Shown one piece after another: positions 36,860 through 50,422 of a stretch of 64,000 bases of DNA. The translations under genes and the position numbers were made by a program. Below the pieces are notes generated by a model. The model made no database searches. It saw only the letters and a program-made list of their open reading frames with translations, and was not told where the DNA came from. The stretch comes from Camelus ferus. Lineage: Eukaryota. How positions within the stretch are numbered: the first letter of the stretch is position 1; each line of letters begins with the position of its first letter. The stretch is from positions 6,820,001 to 6,884,000 of the forward strand of contig NC_045727.1 of the NCBI RefSeq assembly GCF_009834535.1, read 5' to 3'.

Positions 36860-39800
36860 TGGTTTTCTCTTTGAAAGTTTATTGTAATTAAAAAAAAAAC
36901 ACACAAAAAACCTCTATCTTTTACATTTTACATTCACCTCTCAGAACATTTAATGTACCAGTTAACAATGTTATTGTATAAAAAGCCCACCAGTTGCCTG
37001 AAATGGCTGCTGTTTTTTGTTTTTTGTTTTTTTGCCATGTTCTGCTATTAAAGTGGTTTGAACTCTTTGGAAAAACTGGTGTAACATTATATACCGAGTT
37101 TTCAAATTCCCAGATTAGAAACAAGACTCTCAAATCAGGAGGAAATTTAGTAAAAATTCAAGGCTAAGAGGAAATGTTAATAGAAAAACAAAAACAAAAA
37201 TACTGTAAAAAATAGGATTTCCCTCCACCCCGAAGTTAGGTAAAAAAATTCAACCAACCCCACCCCACCCCCCACATTTCTCTTAGAAAAGTCACCCAAT
37301 CCTAAACGCAGGATCTCACACACAAATACAAGCAGCTTGATTTGCAGACCAGCCTCTGCGATCTTACACTGGCCCCAGCTAGAAGTTTTTAAAAAAAAAA
37401 AAAAAATTTACATTAGGTAGTTAGACTTCCAAAAATACTGGTATCCAAATGAATGAAAACGTCCTGGGCTTTGGTATGGCTACAGAATCTGGACACTGTT
37501 AAGAAGACACTGGCTTGGGGGGGAGGGGGAAGTTGAGGGAGGCACATAAAAACCTCCAAGTGGAGGTAAAATAAATACAAGGACACATCCAAAGCAAACA
37601 CCGCGTATAATACTTGAGGCAGATGCCTCCAACAAAATAAACGCATAGGTTCTTGATCAAAATAACACACATACAGGTTCTTGATCGAAACTGTCTGGAT
37701 CAAATTTTATCAAAGTGTCACCTGTAGGAAACAGGCTGAATTTGGGGATCCATCTGGTGCCCTGGGGTCTAAGGAGAGACAGAGACCTTTTGGAATAAGA
37801 ATAGGCAGCCAGGCCCCTCTTACTCTAGGAAGCTCAAAGTCTGGTTTTTTTTTTTCCTCTCTAGGTTGACTTTGCTCATCACAAAAGCACCTCCATTTCC
37901 TCCTAACAAGGGGCCTTTTCCACCCCTGGTCACCACAGGGGCCTGTCCGATGGGCTGAACTGCTGATTCTTCCATCTGCAGAGTGACTAAATAAAAAAAT
38001 CAACTCATCCGGGATTAGGAATATAATTTACTGTGCTGTGTCTCAAGAGTACTTCACAGTTTACCCCATTTTCATGAGATCATGATTTTTAAGGGCTGTG
38101 AGGCTACTGAGGAGAAGGCAGTGATGGGGCCGAGACCATGCTGAAGTCTGACCTCAAACATTCATAGAAGGGAAAAGGCTCAAGTGCCTGGTCTTCAAAT
38201 GAACGTCTTTCATGACAGCACAACAGAGCCACCAGACAAGGCAGGAAAACCAGGCAACTTGTTGCTGCTTCAAACTGAACCTCCAGTGATTATCAATACA
38301 ATTCTTCCCCCTAAAAAACAAACTTTGCTGTACTGTTAGGAAGACAAAACAATCATTTCAAAACAACAGCAACAAAAGACCCACCACTTTCAGTGGCAAC
38401 ATACACTAAATACATCTAAATAAATTTCCATTACAGGGCACTAAGGGGTAACAAAGAGCTCCCTGACATCATGAGATGTTACGTACACCACCGGGACAAT
38501 TCCATCGAGAGAGCCTCTCTTACAGCAAAGGCCGCCAGGAAGAAACAAAAGGTGAAGCCCCTGATCTTACTGTAAAGATCACAATTATGGAGGTGGGGCT
38601 GGGAGGCAGAGAAGAAACACAGAGCGCCCAGGCAACTTGATAAACAGCATCATTTATCCTGTTTTCTAAAGGAGACTCCAACACCAGAAAAAAATGAGAG
38701 AAAAATTGGATTATAAATTAAAACTAAAATGTATCTGTGCAAATCTCTACTCTGAGTCTGTAAGGTCTGGTCTCTGTTGAAGCCAGGACTTCGGAGAAGG
38801 TGATTTACTTGTCATCACAGCTCCCCAAGTCGCTTTTGGGTATGTGCATCAAGAAACAACACAAAGAGAATCACTTGAGACCAAGGGAGTTAGTTACAAC
38901 GATTTCTTAGGCTGTGTAAGGTCTATTGATTGTCCGTAGAGATGCTAACACTTGCTCTAATTCTAAATATTTGAAGCATTTAGGTGGAAACTAGAATATT
39001 AAAAAAAAAAAAAAGTCACCCAATGAATCATTTCTCTGATGATGGGAATGAGGGAAAGGGAGCAGGGAGAGCAGGGAAGGCTGCTTCATCAGGACTCATT
39101 AGGGAGAGTGCAGGTTTAGTGGCAGCCACAGCCTGCCCTGTCTCCACCTGGGCCAGATCTCCCAGGAGATGGCCTGGGAGGCCGGGAGTGCCCACAATGA
39201 GGTTCCATGGGTTTGGAACAGCCAAGTGCGACAATGGCAACAGCAACAGGAGCGCAGTGTGAGTTATGAGTGAGAGTCTATGGACCACTGACGATGACAC
39301 CATCCAACTCATCTCCCCACCTACAACAGACCCCCCAGATAATCAGCCTGCGGCAGGCACCGCCTCATCTACTTGCGAGCAGGAGAGAGAAGTGAATTAC
39401 AGGTGAAAACTTCCAAAAGGACCACTTCTTGTTCCAGCCTGAGTTAGAACAAACGTGTCTGAATAAAACCGATTGCACTAAACAACATTTAAAATATGGT
39501 ACCGTCAGTACTTCATGAATATGAAACGGCCCCTCCCCCGACCCCATTTACTGCAGCGCACATAGTCTCCCAGGCAAGTTTTTCTGTCTTTTAGCCAATG
39601 GAATGGATGGCATACGCCAGATGTTACACAAGGCATTTATTTCTCCGAGAAGGCTGAGAGCCAGGAGAATTAATCTCCTTCCTCTAGGACCTTTGCCCCG
39701 AGCTTCTGGGGAAACAGCGAATTGGGCCCAACAAAGAAAGTAGCTAAGTGATCCACTAATCAGATTCAAAACATGAAAACGCATTGTAGAGTGCATCCCT

Positions 39801-40178
39801 TCCTACTCCTCTTCATGGCAGGAAAACCTAAAGAGATTTTAATCGAGTTGTCCCTTCAAACTCAAAGGAGGCTTAATTTAAAAAAAAAAAAGAAAAAGTA
39901 TAAGCAAAAAAACAAAGAAGTAAAGCAAACTCCCAGTGCTCCCAGAAGTGAGAGAGTCTCACGGTGACCGACGACCGGAAGGAGTCGAGGTGGATCAAGA
40001 AGGACACACGATGGGGAGTGGCTGGCCACAACAGCGCCTTGCAGAATCCACAACTGTATTCGCCATTTTCCATGGCCAAGGAGCAATCCCCAAGTTAAAA
40101 ACTTTCTATTAAGAGGAAAACAAAACAAAACCAAAAACCGCTCCAGGAAAGGGGTCAAGGGAAGAACACTGTAGGAAG
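36860..40178 (-). other. SUDS3: SUDS3 3' UTR (about 3.3 kb, end inferred)
   Basis: Runs from the stop codon to the distal poly(A) signal. It contains U-rich tracts on the transcript strand and no transposon remnants that I could recognise. Confidence 0.7.
36878..36883 (-). terminator. SUDS3: Distal polyadenylation signal AATAAA of SUDS3
   Basis: Transcript strand shows two UGUA (36932-36922) and a U-run upstream of AATAAA, a CA about 20 nt downstream, and then GU-rich gtctgtgtt. Confidence 0.75.
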
Positions 40179-40277
40179 TCAAGCCGCTGACCTCCGGCGG
40201 ATCACGAAGAGCCCGCGCTGCAGCTGGCCCAGGTAGATCCTCATCTTGGTGCTGTCACTGGTCTTCCTCACCCAGAT
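40179..40277 (-). CDS. SUDS3: SUDS3 last coding exon (99 nt): [32 protein letters not shown]
   Basis: cccctgcag|ATC TGG GTG ... GCG GCT TGA. This is the C-terminus of SDS3, visible in ORF 40179..40415. Confidence 0.97.
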   Translation of the reverse strand: MWVRKTSDSTKMRIYLGQLQRGLFVIRRRSAA

Positions 40278-40604
40278 CTGCAGGGGAGAAGGAAAAGGGA
40301 CAAGATGAGAGGGGCTCATACTGAGGAGGAAACGCTCCAGGGCACAGAGACATGCGTGAATTGGGTGCAGGCAGACAACTGGCAACCTCTTCCTGCCAAC
40401 CCGTGGGGCCTTCACAGGCGCCTCCCAAAGGCACCCTCTATTGCAGAGCAGGGATCAGCCTTCTCTCCCGGTCGTCTCTCTCACACCCTCGGGTAAGCAA
40501 ATGGAAAGCACAGTGATCTTGAGTTCTAGTTGTGCCTTCATCTTGAAGACTCTTTTTGATTTGGTTTGATTACCTAATTATCAACTCAAGATACATATAT
40601 TCAT

Positions 40605-40715
40605 TGTTATGTTCATGTATGACTGAAGCCTTGTGCTGTACACCAGAAGTATACACAACATTGCAAACTGACTATACTTCAATTTAAAAAGAGTAAAACA
40701 AAAACAAAAACAAAA
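40605..40715 (+). mobile_element. Short 5'-truncated young L1 in intron 11 (antisense to SUDS3)
   Basis: gtatgactgaagc...tgactatacttcaat plus (caaaaa)n tail; TSD acatata(t/c)tcat (40593-40604, 40716-40727). Confidence 0.8.
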
Positions 40716-43111
40716 ACATATACTCATGAACATAAACTTTCAACCAAATTTGGGAATATCTTCCTCTTCCCAAGGGACTTCCAAACAGTCTAGCCTTTCA
40801 ATAGTCTAGTTTCCTGGCAATTAAGGCTAAAGGTCATAAAAAGAAAAGAAAAAAAAAAGGACAACAATAAAAGCACCCATGAGTGAGCCAAGGGCCAAGG
40901 AGGATCCTGAGGAGGCCAAATTAGCTTAAGACAGTCCTTCCCTCCTGAGCATACTGCTCTCCCACAGATGGGATCAGATGTCTGGTATTTTCAGGGCAGA
41001 CTCGACTCCAGAACTGAGATGGAACGCTTCCAACAGGGGTCCTGCCAGCGCTGCCTGGTGCACTCGGTACGAGGCACCCCTGCTGCCAGGGATGGGAGGG
41101 AGAGCTGCCGGCTCCTCAGTCACCTGCCACACTTGCAGGAGGGATGACTGGGGGCTCCACACTGCTGACCAAGCTGAGCCTATTCATCCTCAGAACCACC
41201 ACATGAAGTAAGTACTGTCATCACCCCCATTTAACAGAAGAGCAAGAGTGAGTCATCTTGTCCCAGGTGAACCCTGGAGCCTGACATCAAAGCCCCATGC
41301 TCTTCTTCATTAAACCACAGCCCTCGACTCTCCTTCTCACCCTTTCTTTCACCCGTTTAACATGCAATGAGATGGAGCCAAAAGCATGACTCTTTTAAAG
41401 ATCTGCATCTCACCCATATATGCAAGCACAACTCTGCAGATTTATCTCCTCCTTCCCCACTCAGTTTTCAGGTTAAAAAAAAAAAAAAGCTATGTTTCAT
41501 TTCAACTTCTTTACCATGATTACTTAACAACACAGAGACTTTAAAGTCAAACACATTGGTTTAAAAATAAAGACCTCACATGAAGCTGAGCCTCCAAAGG
41601 ACCCAAGGAGGGCTGCACTAGGCAGTCACCAACATGCTGAGACCCAAGCACCTGATACACCCAGAGTCAGGTAATGCAGAGGCCAAGGGACCCTCAGTGT
41701 CACTTAGGACTTGACCTGGAAAATCAGCGGGGACACTTCCAAGAAGTAAGAAATGTTCCCTGTTACCAGGGTTGTATGCCTGCGACGCACTGAGGCTTCT
41801 CCCCTCCAGGATAACATGTCTCAGTGTCACCGCTTCCTTGTCAGATCTTGTTGACACTCTATTATGACAATCTTCAACATAGAAAAAAATCTAACTTGCA
41901 TGTCTATTTTCCTGAAAAATCCTGAGATGTCACAGAGAATGATGATGGCTTCTGGATTTGGGTTCAGGTACTAGGAGGCCACCTGCACTTAGGACAGTGG
42001 CCCACGTGGCCAGTCACAAATGCCCTGCTGTGACATCGCAAAGCCTCCTGTTGAGGAACAGCAAGCAGGTCTCTGAGATCCTCTCTTCTAGTTTTGACTT
42101 GGCTTGGGATGACATACAAATCCCAAGCCCAGAGAAAAACCACATTCATTTATCTGGAAGGCTCTCTCTAACTTCAAAGTAAACAATCACTTTACAAACT
42201 AGTCACATTTGAGGGCATTTTCAATGCAGGAAGCTGGGAGAACAGAATAGGCTTAAGTCATTTCATAATCCAGTCTCATTAGATTTACTGTGCACTGGCA
42301 CGAATAAGTTACAGAGGGTAGACACATAAAAATCAATTTCTTTGCAGACATTTGTGCACTGATAAAAGATGAAGCCAATCCAGCTAGTAAAGTTTTAAAC
42401 TGTTTTTCGACTATTAACAATGCCAGCTACACACAGACCACATCCCCCTAATGAAGGGCCAGTTGGAGAAGTCACAGGCCACGCACATCACCCCTGAGCA
42501 TGACCCTCTGAGCTGACTCCACTCAGTCCCCATCCTACAAGAGTGACTGGAGGAGATCAGAACCTAAGGGCATGAGCCTGGTAGTTCGCTGTTCGGGAGC
42601 ACAACAGGACACATCAGATTAGAAACAGCAGTGAGGAGTAGTGTGCGGGTCAGATCAGGCCAGCATCCATTTACTGGGCACTTACTGTGTGCCAGACGCC
42701 TTGTTAAACCCTCAGAGCAGGAAGCAAATCTATCAGTACACACGAAAGCTTGAGAGAAATAACACAACAGAGAAGGAATGTGCTCCACAGGCAAGTCCCA
42801 TTCTCAGTAGATGGTTACCTTAAAGAGCAGCAGGATGTGAATGTGCAGATAGCACACCAACTTGCATCTCAGTGGTTCCTAACTGGGTTCCTTTACAGGG
42901 AGTTCACAAAACCACAAGGAATACACAAACCCACGTATACCGTAGTCAAGCAGAGTAAGGGATTTTCCAAGGGTGACTTCTGCCTATGTGCCATTTCTGC
43001 CTGGAAGTGCTGGCTTTAGACTCTAACCCACATGGAGCATGTGACTCTGCACTTGCACTGCAAGTCTGTCCCATTTCGTTCTCCTAAAGGGTGAGGGAGT
43101 TCAGGCCTTAC

Positions 43112-43196
43112 CTCATTGGCTCCGACAGAGCTGATCACACAGCTCAGTTTCTGGTTGTCCTTTGACTCCAGATAGATGGCTTGGCTCTTGTGGTAC
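43112..43196 (-). CDS. SUDS3: SUDS3 exon 11 (85 nt): (W)[28 protein letters not shown]
   Basis: tttctggcag|G TAC CAC ... AAT GAG|gtaagg. The peptide is visible in ORF 43016..43273. Confidence 0.97.
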
Positions 43197-43218
43197 CTGC
43201 CAGAAACAAGACACATAC

Positions 43219-43355
43219 TTTTTTTTTTTAAACACTTCACTGAGGTATGATTGATATGTAAAAAGTAGTTCATACATATACAACTCAGTGAGTTTGGGGA
43301 TAAGGATACACCTGTGAAAAACCATCACAACCATCAAGGCCATAAACATAGCCAT
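43219..43355 (-). mobile_element. L1M 3' end fragment abutting the exon 11 acceptor
   Basis: T11 followed by aaacacttcactgaggtatgattga...cacctgtgaaaaccatcac, the reverse of an L1M 3' terminus. Confidence 0.75.
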
Positions 43356-46300
43356 CTTCCCCCTTAAGCATCATGGGAGGTGAGGAGAGCGTAGGTTTCA
43401 CTTCCTGGAGACAAACGGGATGCCGGTGAGCCAGCAATCCTGCTCCTGATTATTTACCCCAAAGAAACACTCTTGCAGGTCTAGAAGGGACTCAACAGAT
43501 GTCGTGTGTGACATTATCTGTGGATAATGGGAGTTCGCGCCAAAGCAGGGTGGCCATCACTGGGAGGGTGGAGAGATGTAATTAGTGTGGACCCGTGGAC
43601 ACAAACAGCAACATGGGTGGATCTTAAAAACCCAGTTCTTAGTGAAAATGTAAGAAACAGAAAAATATGAATACAATATCATTAACACAAATTAAAAACA
43701 CCAACATGCTCCATTCCCCAACAAAATAAACAAACAAATGAAATAAAGGCTTCCATCCTTGGATTAGTTTAGATGACTTCCTGATCTTCTAAAGCTAAAG
43801 CTTATATTCTTGGTCCCACTGCAAAGGAGAAAAGGGGGTGAAGCAAAGGGCTGGGAAACTAACTCTGTATTTTTTTATTCAAACTGTATGATCCAATTCA
43901 AAAGATAAATTATAATTTTTCAAGTAAAACCTCTGTTCCCACTTTCTGCCTCCACCCCAAAATACTGCAGAAGGCTGGGTGGACAGAACAAATGGGCTTG
44001 AACGACTGCCCTGTTTTTTTCTTTTTTTTTCCATGTGTCATCCACAAGACGGGACACCAAATTCAGCCCTTACTTCAGTCACTCATTCAACAAATACTCA
44101 TTAGTCACTTGCTGTATACCATTGACCAGGCTGGAGGTTGCAGGTAGACAGTGAGCAAAGCCACAAGGCCCCTGCTATCAAGAGCTTCAAATACAGTGGC
44201 AGTGATGAATATTAAACAGTCACACCTGGCAGACACTAATGAACAAAGTTCAGAGCATCTTGACATGCAACAAAGGGTATCTAATTTGACCTGGTCAGCC
44301 AGGAGAGCTGCTCTGAATGGAGGAGACGAGACAGACTCTCCCCTTTCTGACTCTGTATCTATTCTCTTGGCCTGTAGTGCAGGACCACCTTCACCGTCTT
44401 CTATGAGCTCAGGGACAAGGCCAAAGACGGAAGTGAGGAAGCCAGGGCCGAAGCCCAAATGAGTCAGTAACAGATGCCACAGGAGAGGGGAGCAGCTGCT
44501 GGGTTGCAAGAGTTGGACACATCAGCTTAGCTGCTGCTGGCAGCCCTGGCCTGGGCCAGCCCCAGTTCAGTCAAGAACATAACCTTTGGTTCATTCTGGC
44601 AGCACAGATTTAGCTAAACAGACCCACTAACTTATGTAACTTTCACCAAAATGCATCTCCCAGCAAAGCACTTCATCTTATCGTTATTTTTGTGGGGGAA
44701 GAAAACAGACTCTGTTCTGCTGGTGCAATAACACACTGCTGAGACATCACAGTAAAGGAGGAACACTCCCACGGTAAGTTTCTTCCAATCCACAGTCTAT
44801 GCACTCCCTAACCTGCTACTTAGGAGCTGAAAACTCAGGTTTCCAAGACAATTTACTTCCTGAAAACACTGTTAAATGAAATCAAATCATAAATTCAATT
44901 AGAACAGGGAGATTAGTTTAGACTCAGCTTTAAAGTTGTTTTTGGCCAGAAATTAGTTGGTAAACGGGCCAGGGGACCTTCATTACACTAAATATGTAAT
45001 ATTACAAGGTCTGAATTGCACAGTGCATGAAGAAGGGCTGAACTAGTTCAGAGCAAAACTCAGACTTGAGTTTCCCTCCCACATCTAAGCCAACCACCCT
45101 ATGTAAGTGGTAATGTCTTAAGTAACAGTTAGAATAAAAACACAGAGGGGGAGAACATCCAGTTATTCTATGCAGGTTATGAGTTATTAAAAAGATAAAA
45201 ACACAAAACAACATGCAACTAGCCTCAAGTCATTCTATACTTTCTAAACACTTTAATAAAGGTCATGAGTGTGGTGAAGACGTACATTACCAGTGTGGAA
45301 ATGTGCTCAACACAATGCTAAGGAAAAAACCACATCCACTGTGTTTCTCTGTGTGTAACAAAACATGATGTATGCTTTACATGCATATCACAAATACACA
45401 CAGAAAAAATTGGGGAAGTTAATATTAAGATGTTTAGTAAGTATATATTAAAATTTTATAAAAATAAAAAACAAACTAAGAATGACATTCCTTTTATCAC
45501 GTAGATTTTTTTCAGAAGAAATAGGTATTATTTACATTAAAAGTAATTATTTTCTTATAAATCATGGTACTGGAAAATACCTAAGTAACAAAGAAAGGAT
45601 GAGGAGAAAATCTAATGTCACAAATTAATGTCTTAATGTCTGTTAAAGACAACCTTGGGAGACAATTCCAACAGCTCTCATGAGATGTGCTGCATTTTCC
45701 TTCAGATGTGCTCAGCTCCCAAACCCCAACACACCCGACTGGCTTTGAAGTCAACGTCAGGAGTAAACAATGCAATCTGGTCTTTTCCTCCTGGGAAGTG
45801 GTATGGGACTAAGCCCAAATCTGTCTGCTCTGGGATCACCAAATGGTGGTGGCTTGAATGCCCACCATTAGCCATCATGTGCCTCACAAGAGAGCTGGCC
45901 AGCGTGTTTCCCAAACCTGATTCCCAGGTCCTCTTGAACCAGAGGCTCTGGGACCTCCAGGAGATTCTCAAGCACCACACAATGGTCTTAGGGAACCATT
46001 ATCCCTGGGTATCAAATCTATGCAATTGTCAGAATTCTCTGAAAAAAATAAGTCTTCAGAAACTGAAGTCTTCATATTAGGGTGGGATTTCCAAGATAAA
46101 ACCAAAAAGTCTATGACACCCTTCACATACAAATTTACTTTCCAATTTCTAAAGACTAATAAAAAAAGGGAGAGAGGAATTCAAAATATGTTTAGACATA
46201 AAAATGTTAAAAAAAAAAACATCAATGGAGTTAAATCAGTAAAAATGCACATTACCACTTTTTTTTTTGCCAATTAACCAGTTTTACAAGCTACAACTCA

Positions 46301-47848
46301 TCTCTACTGAAAAAAATACTTTAAATAGCCTCAGAGAACAAGCCTCAAATGTCAAATTGACTTTATTACTAATGGAAAATCTGACCTGGGAATCCTCACA
46401 ATTACGCTCTTCAAGTTTTGCCTCTGTTCTTAAACCCAATGAACCAGAACCACCACCATTATTATGGAAGAAAGCAATTTCTTTAGAAGATGGGTCACAA
46501 AGTGAAGCAGGGAAGTGGGTAGAATTAATTTTATACACTACTGGGAATCTTGATATTAACATTTCAGACCCCCTTCCCTTCAAAAAACGAATACTACGTG
46601 ACAGCTACAAAACAGCAAGGAGTTCCAATTTTAGTTGTAAACAGCCAGTTTTGGGTTAATAGTCTCTCTTGTGTCAGGCAAAGGCTGGAGGGTTAAATTC
46701 AGTGGAGCAAGTGGGTGAATGCATCTGATCCATTTTAGCAGTTCCAGATTTAAAGTGAGAAGAGAAAAAACAGTCCGCCAGCACCGTCAGTGAGTTATTT
46801 TAAAACCTCAGCTACTTCCACAGTACTCTCTAAGTAGAGTCATTAGTCCAAATCAAAATGTGAGGAAAACTTACAGCAGGATGTAAGATGCCTTAAAAGC
46901 AGTATAAGACCAAGGCCAAGGGAAGATGCTTATCTTTCAAAAAGAAACAGCGTGATAAGCGCTCAGGCCAAGATGGGGAGCCCCAGTCATACTCCTTTTG
47001 CTGAAGGCATTTAAAACTCAATGAAACGTGTTTTGCCAGAAATACTGTTTCACCGAAATACTCCGCACTATTGCAAAGAGAGTAAAGCGCCTCAGGCGAC
47101 CTCTGAGCCACGCGCCACGACTGCTGGTAAGTAAGGAAGAATGACAGCTTCCAAACTGACAAAAGCCAAACACTTCAAGAGCCTGGTGAGACTGTGAGAG
47201 GCCTGTTCTGCACTGGTGGAGGCGCCGGCCAGGACTCCTGCAAACACTTCCCAGATACAGCAGGGAAGGGAGAGACCCACCTTTCAACAGACGAGTCACA
47301 AACTCTGACTGCCAAGGCCGAAGAAGAGAAACACACAGAATACAGAAGACAACAACACCCCAATACTGAACAACAGAATAAGCAACTTTCAAGTCTTTGA
47401 AACAGTAAAACGCTCCAAGGGACCTTATTTCAAAAATTTCTGCCACCACTGGGAGAAGGAGTGTAATTTCTTCAAAATGCTTAGGTGATCTAACACATCC
47501 CCTCAGACCACTGTCTACACTGTAAGACACCAGTCACCGTGGGTCCTTTCTTTAGAAAAACAAGACTTTTCTTTTACTGCATTTTCACCCTCAAAACATG
47601 TCTCATAAAGTCTAAAGATTACGCCTTAGCAAGAGGAAGATCGGAAGCAACACAATGACAANNNNNNNNNNNNNNNNNNNNNNNNNNNNNNNNNNNNNNN
47701 NNNNNNNNNNNNNNNNNNNNNNNNNNNNNNNNNNNNNNNNNNNNNNNNNNNNNNNNNNNNNNNNNNNNNNNNNNNNNNNNNNNNNNNNNNNNNNNNNNNN
47801 NNNNNNNNNCATCTGATTTTGCCCCTCAGTGTGTTGAGCTGTCAGGGC

Positions 47849-47862
47849 CTGCCACCTAGTGG
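47849..47862 (-). promoter_or_regulatory. CTCF-binding motif in SUDS3 intron 10
   Basis: Minus strand CCACTAGGTGGCAG matches CCASYAGRKGGCR. Confidence 0.55.
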
Positions 47863-49165
47863 TCACAGGCTCTGATAAGCAATGTTAGGACACAATATAA
47901 CTGGCCTTTTTGAAGAAGGTCAAAGAATCACCAAATGACAAGGGCAGAAGTCACTAAGATCAGGCGTACAGCCAGAGCAAGCCTTCACCACCTACTGGGT
48001 TATTAACTCGCTGTGATCTGACAGGTGGAAATGATTTATTTCAGGCACGTCAACTTCAGAAGTGCAATATTATAAGGTTATCAACTGACACAATGTTGGA
48101 GTTTTTCCTTTAAGAAAGCTGAAAACATCTGAAATAACCTTACTCTAATTTTGGAGCCCTGGGTTAAATAAATACACTGAAACTCAAAAGATTATACAGC
48201 CATTATAGATGACAGTTACAGAGAGCATACAATAACCTAGAAAAACATTCTCCACATAACCAAGTGGAAATACAGAACGTAAATGCCTGTCCACCAGAAC
48301 TTAACTCTGAGTGAGAGTCCCTGCATGTGGACAATGAATACAAGGAATAAATCAGAATTTAAAGAGCTGTGAAAAGGTGGCAGGGTCTGGGTGACTGGAT
48401 ACCTAGCAGAAACTCTAGTTACAGAGCACAGTAAATGTTTGGGTAAATGCAGGAGTATTTAAAGTTCTTTCATATTGTTTTGCCATTTCCTTCCCAATGA
48501 AAATGCTGGTGGCCTGAAGGTTTTCAACCATTTCAATCTAAACTAGTAATGTTTCAGGATACAAATCCCGCAAATAGGTCTCCTGGAACACTCGTGCTGC
48601 AGGATGATGCACACAAAAGGTTATCTCGGTCAAATACACAACACCTAATAACATCTTAGGAATTCACAGTGCACATTAGCATAGCAGAGAACCCAAAGAG
48701 CGCTACAATGATGAAATCCATTTATCTTAATTAACATGGTCATCCCTCAAACTCACCTGACCACAAAATCCTTTCCTCCATGGAATTAACATCTATTAAT
48801 TTTAATACATGGGGGCAGAGGTAAGGGGAGGGAGAAGGGGACATAAACCCTGACCTCAGTCTACAGGAGCATTGCATAAGATGTAAGGCTGCAAATTCCA
48901 GTACAGTGACAGCAGTGCGGAGAGAGAAGGGGGGCCGCCATCAGAAGAACACGTTTTTGGGAAACACTGCCTTCAGAAATCCAACAAGTAGTTACCGATC
49001 AAAGACCCCTGATACACTTCTACACGTTACTCCACTTTTACTACTTCCTCTAACAGTTACGCAGCAGCCATGCTCTGAAATAACAACTACAGATAAGCCC
49101 CAGCCCTCATGCCGAGTGGTCCTTTTGAGACTCTAATGAGTCACCTGCGTTTATTCATGACATAC

Positions 49166-49271
49166 CATCTTTTATCGTAGTACAGTTTGCCGTCTTCTAT
49201 CCGAGCTTCAAATCTCTGGGCTGGAGACTCTGCAGGTGTGGCCGGCAAGTGTTCAGGAGAGGATGGGGATG
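49166..49271 (-). CDS. SUDS3: SUDS3 exon 10 (106 nt): (A)[34 protein letters not shown](W)
   Basis: ttcctccag|CA TCC CCA ... AAA AGA TG|gtatgt; in frame with both neighbours. Confidence 0.96.
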
Positions 49272-50400
49272 CTGGAGGAAACAACGAGATATTTCGATGA
49301 CTAAGCGTGTCCACCAGCTAATATGCTTCAATTGAAATGCTAATAAAAGGTGATGACAATCATGATCAAGTCCTTATAGCTGTCAAAAATGGGAATTCAA
49401 CACAATTCTTGTATATCACATCTAACTTGATCCTCAAGGCAAAGATTAAACTCACTGCACCGAAGAGAAACCTGCAGCTCGGGCAGGCAAAGGGATCTGC
49501 CAAAGGTCACTCAGAGCAGGACTACACCACCAGTGACCATCACAGTAGCCCAAACAGGCAAAAAATTAGAAAAATCTCTTTAAATTTATAAAAATGAAAT
49601 CATCTCTAAAAATATTTATTACAAGGCAGGACAAGTTACTGCGTATGTATAAAGCCAAGCTAACACAGGGCTGATAATTACGGTGGGTTCAAATCATCTG
49701 AATTCACACACCTACTCAAAAAAAAAAAACAAACCAAAAAAACCCCTTCCCCACCAGGACTTCAGAAACTCAGGATCTCTCTGAGGGTGGATCATGGTGG
49801 CTCTTAGGAGGAAATTATTTAGAGGAGGAAGAGTCTTGTGAGGCGTGTGTAAGTAATCACAGTGCTTAAGACAAAAAAAAAAAAATCCTCTGTCATTCCA
49901 TCCTCCAGCCTAGCGCTGACTTAAGTGCCGTTTGGGAAGGAACCACCATGAACACCGGGCTGGCCTCTCCTGTAAGCTGGGACTGGGAGCGGCCTGCGAG
50001 ACCCTCACCAGAAGCGAGCCGTGAACAGCTGCTGGGATTAGCGGCGCCTAGTACTTAACTCCACAGAGAGAGCAAAACTGAAAAAGCCTTCTGGTTTCAT
50101 TTTCAGAAATGGATGTATACTTAATCTTAGATTTGATGCCTACACAGAAGAAAACAAGCAAATGTTTCTTTTACAATAAATCTTAAAGAAAAGACAAAAA
50201 CAACTTTAACACAGCAGGGATAAAAAGAAAAAAATCAGGGAGGGTGTCCTGAAGGTTTGCTCCAGTTTTCATGACTGTTCTTAGCAAATGATGGATGTTT
50301 TAGTTTTGCAAACTGCAACAACTCCCTGTCAGACATTCAAATGCTTTCTCAACAGCATGATAATGTGATCACACAAATGGCAATAATATCGTGCACTTAC

Positions 50401-50422
50401 CTGGTCTCTTGGGTGACTTAAG
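50401..50422 (-). CDS. SUDS3: SUDS3 exon 9, 22-nt microexon: LKSPKRP(A)
   Basis: ttcctacag|CTTAAGTCACCCAAGAGACCAG|gtaagt. Confidence 0.95.

Larger units (their letters stand above)
6488..47809. other. Eight N blocks: 6488-6648, 7871-8063, 8074-8236, 15778-15915, 20038-20190, 28124-28251, 28274-28438, 47662-47809
   Basis: Runs of N directly visible in the sequence. Confidence 0.99.

Noticed and set aside
43302-43309. U12-type donor motif GTATCCTT on the transcript strand in intron 10 (USSE-like enhancer?)
   Set aside because: A single 8-mer inside an L1 fragment, not a tandem pair; roughly one chance hit is plausible in a gene this size.
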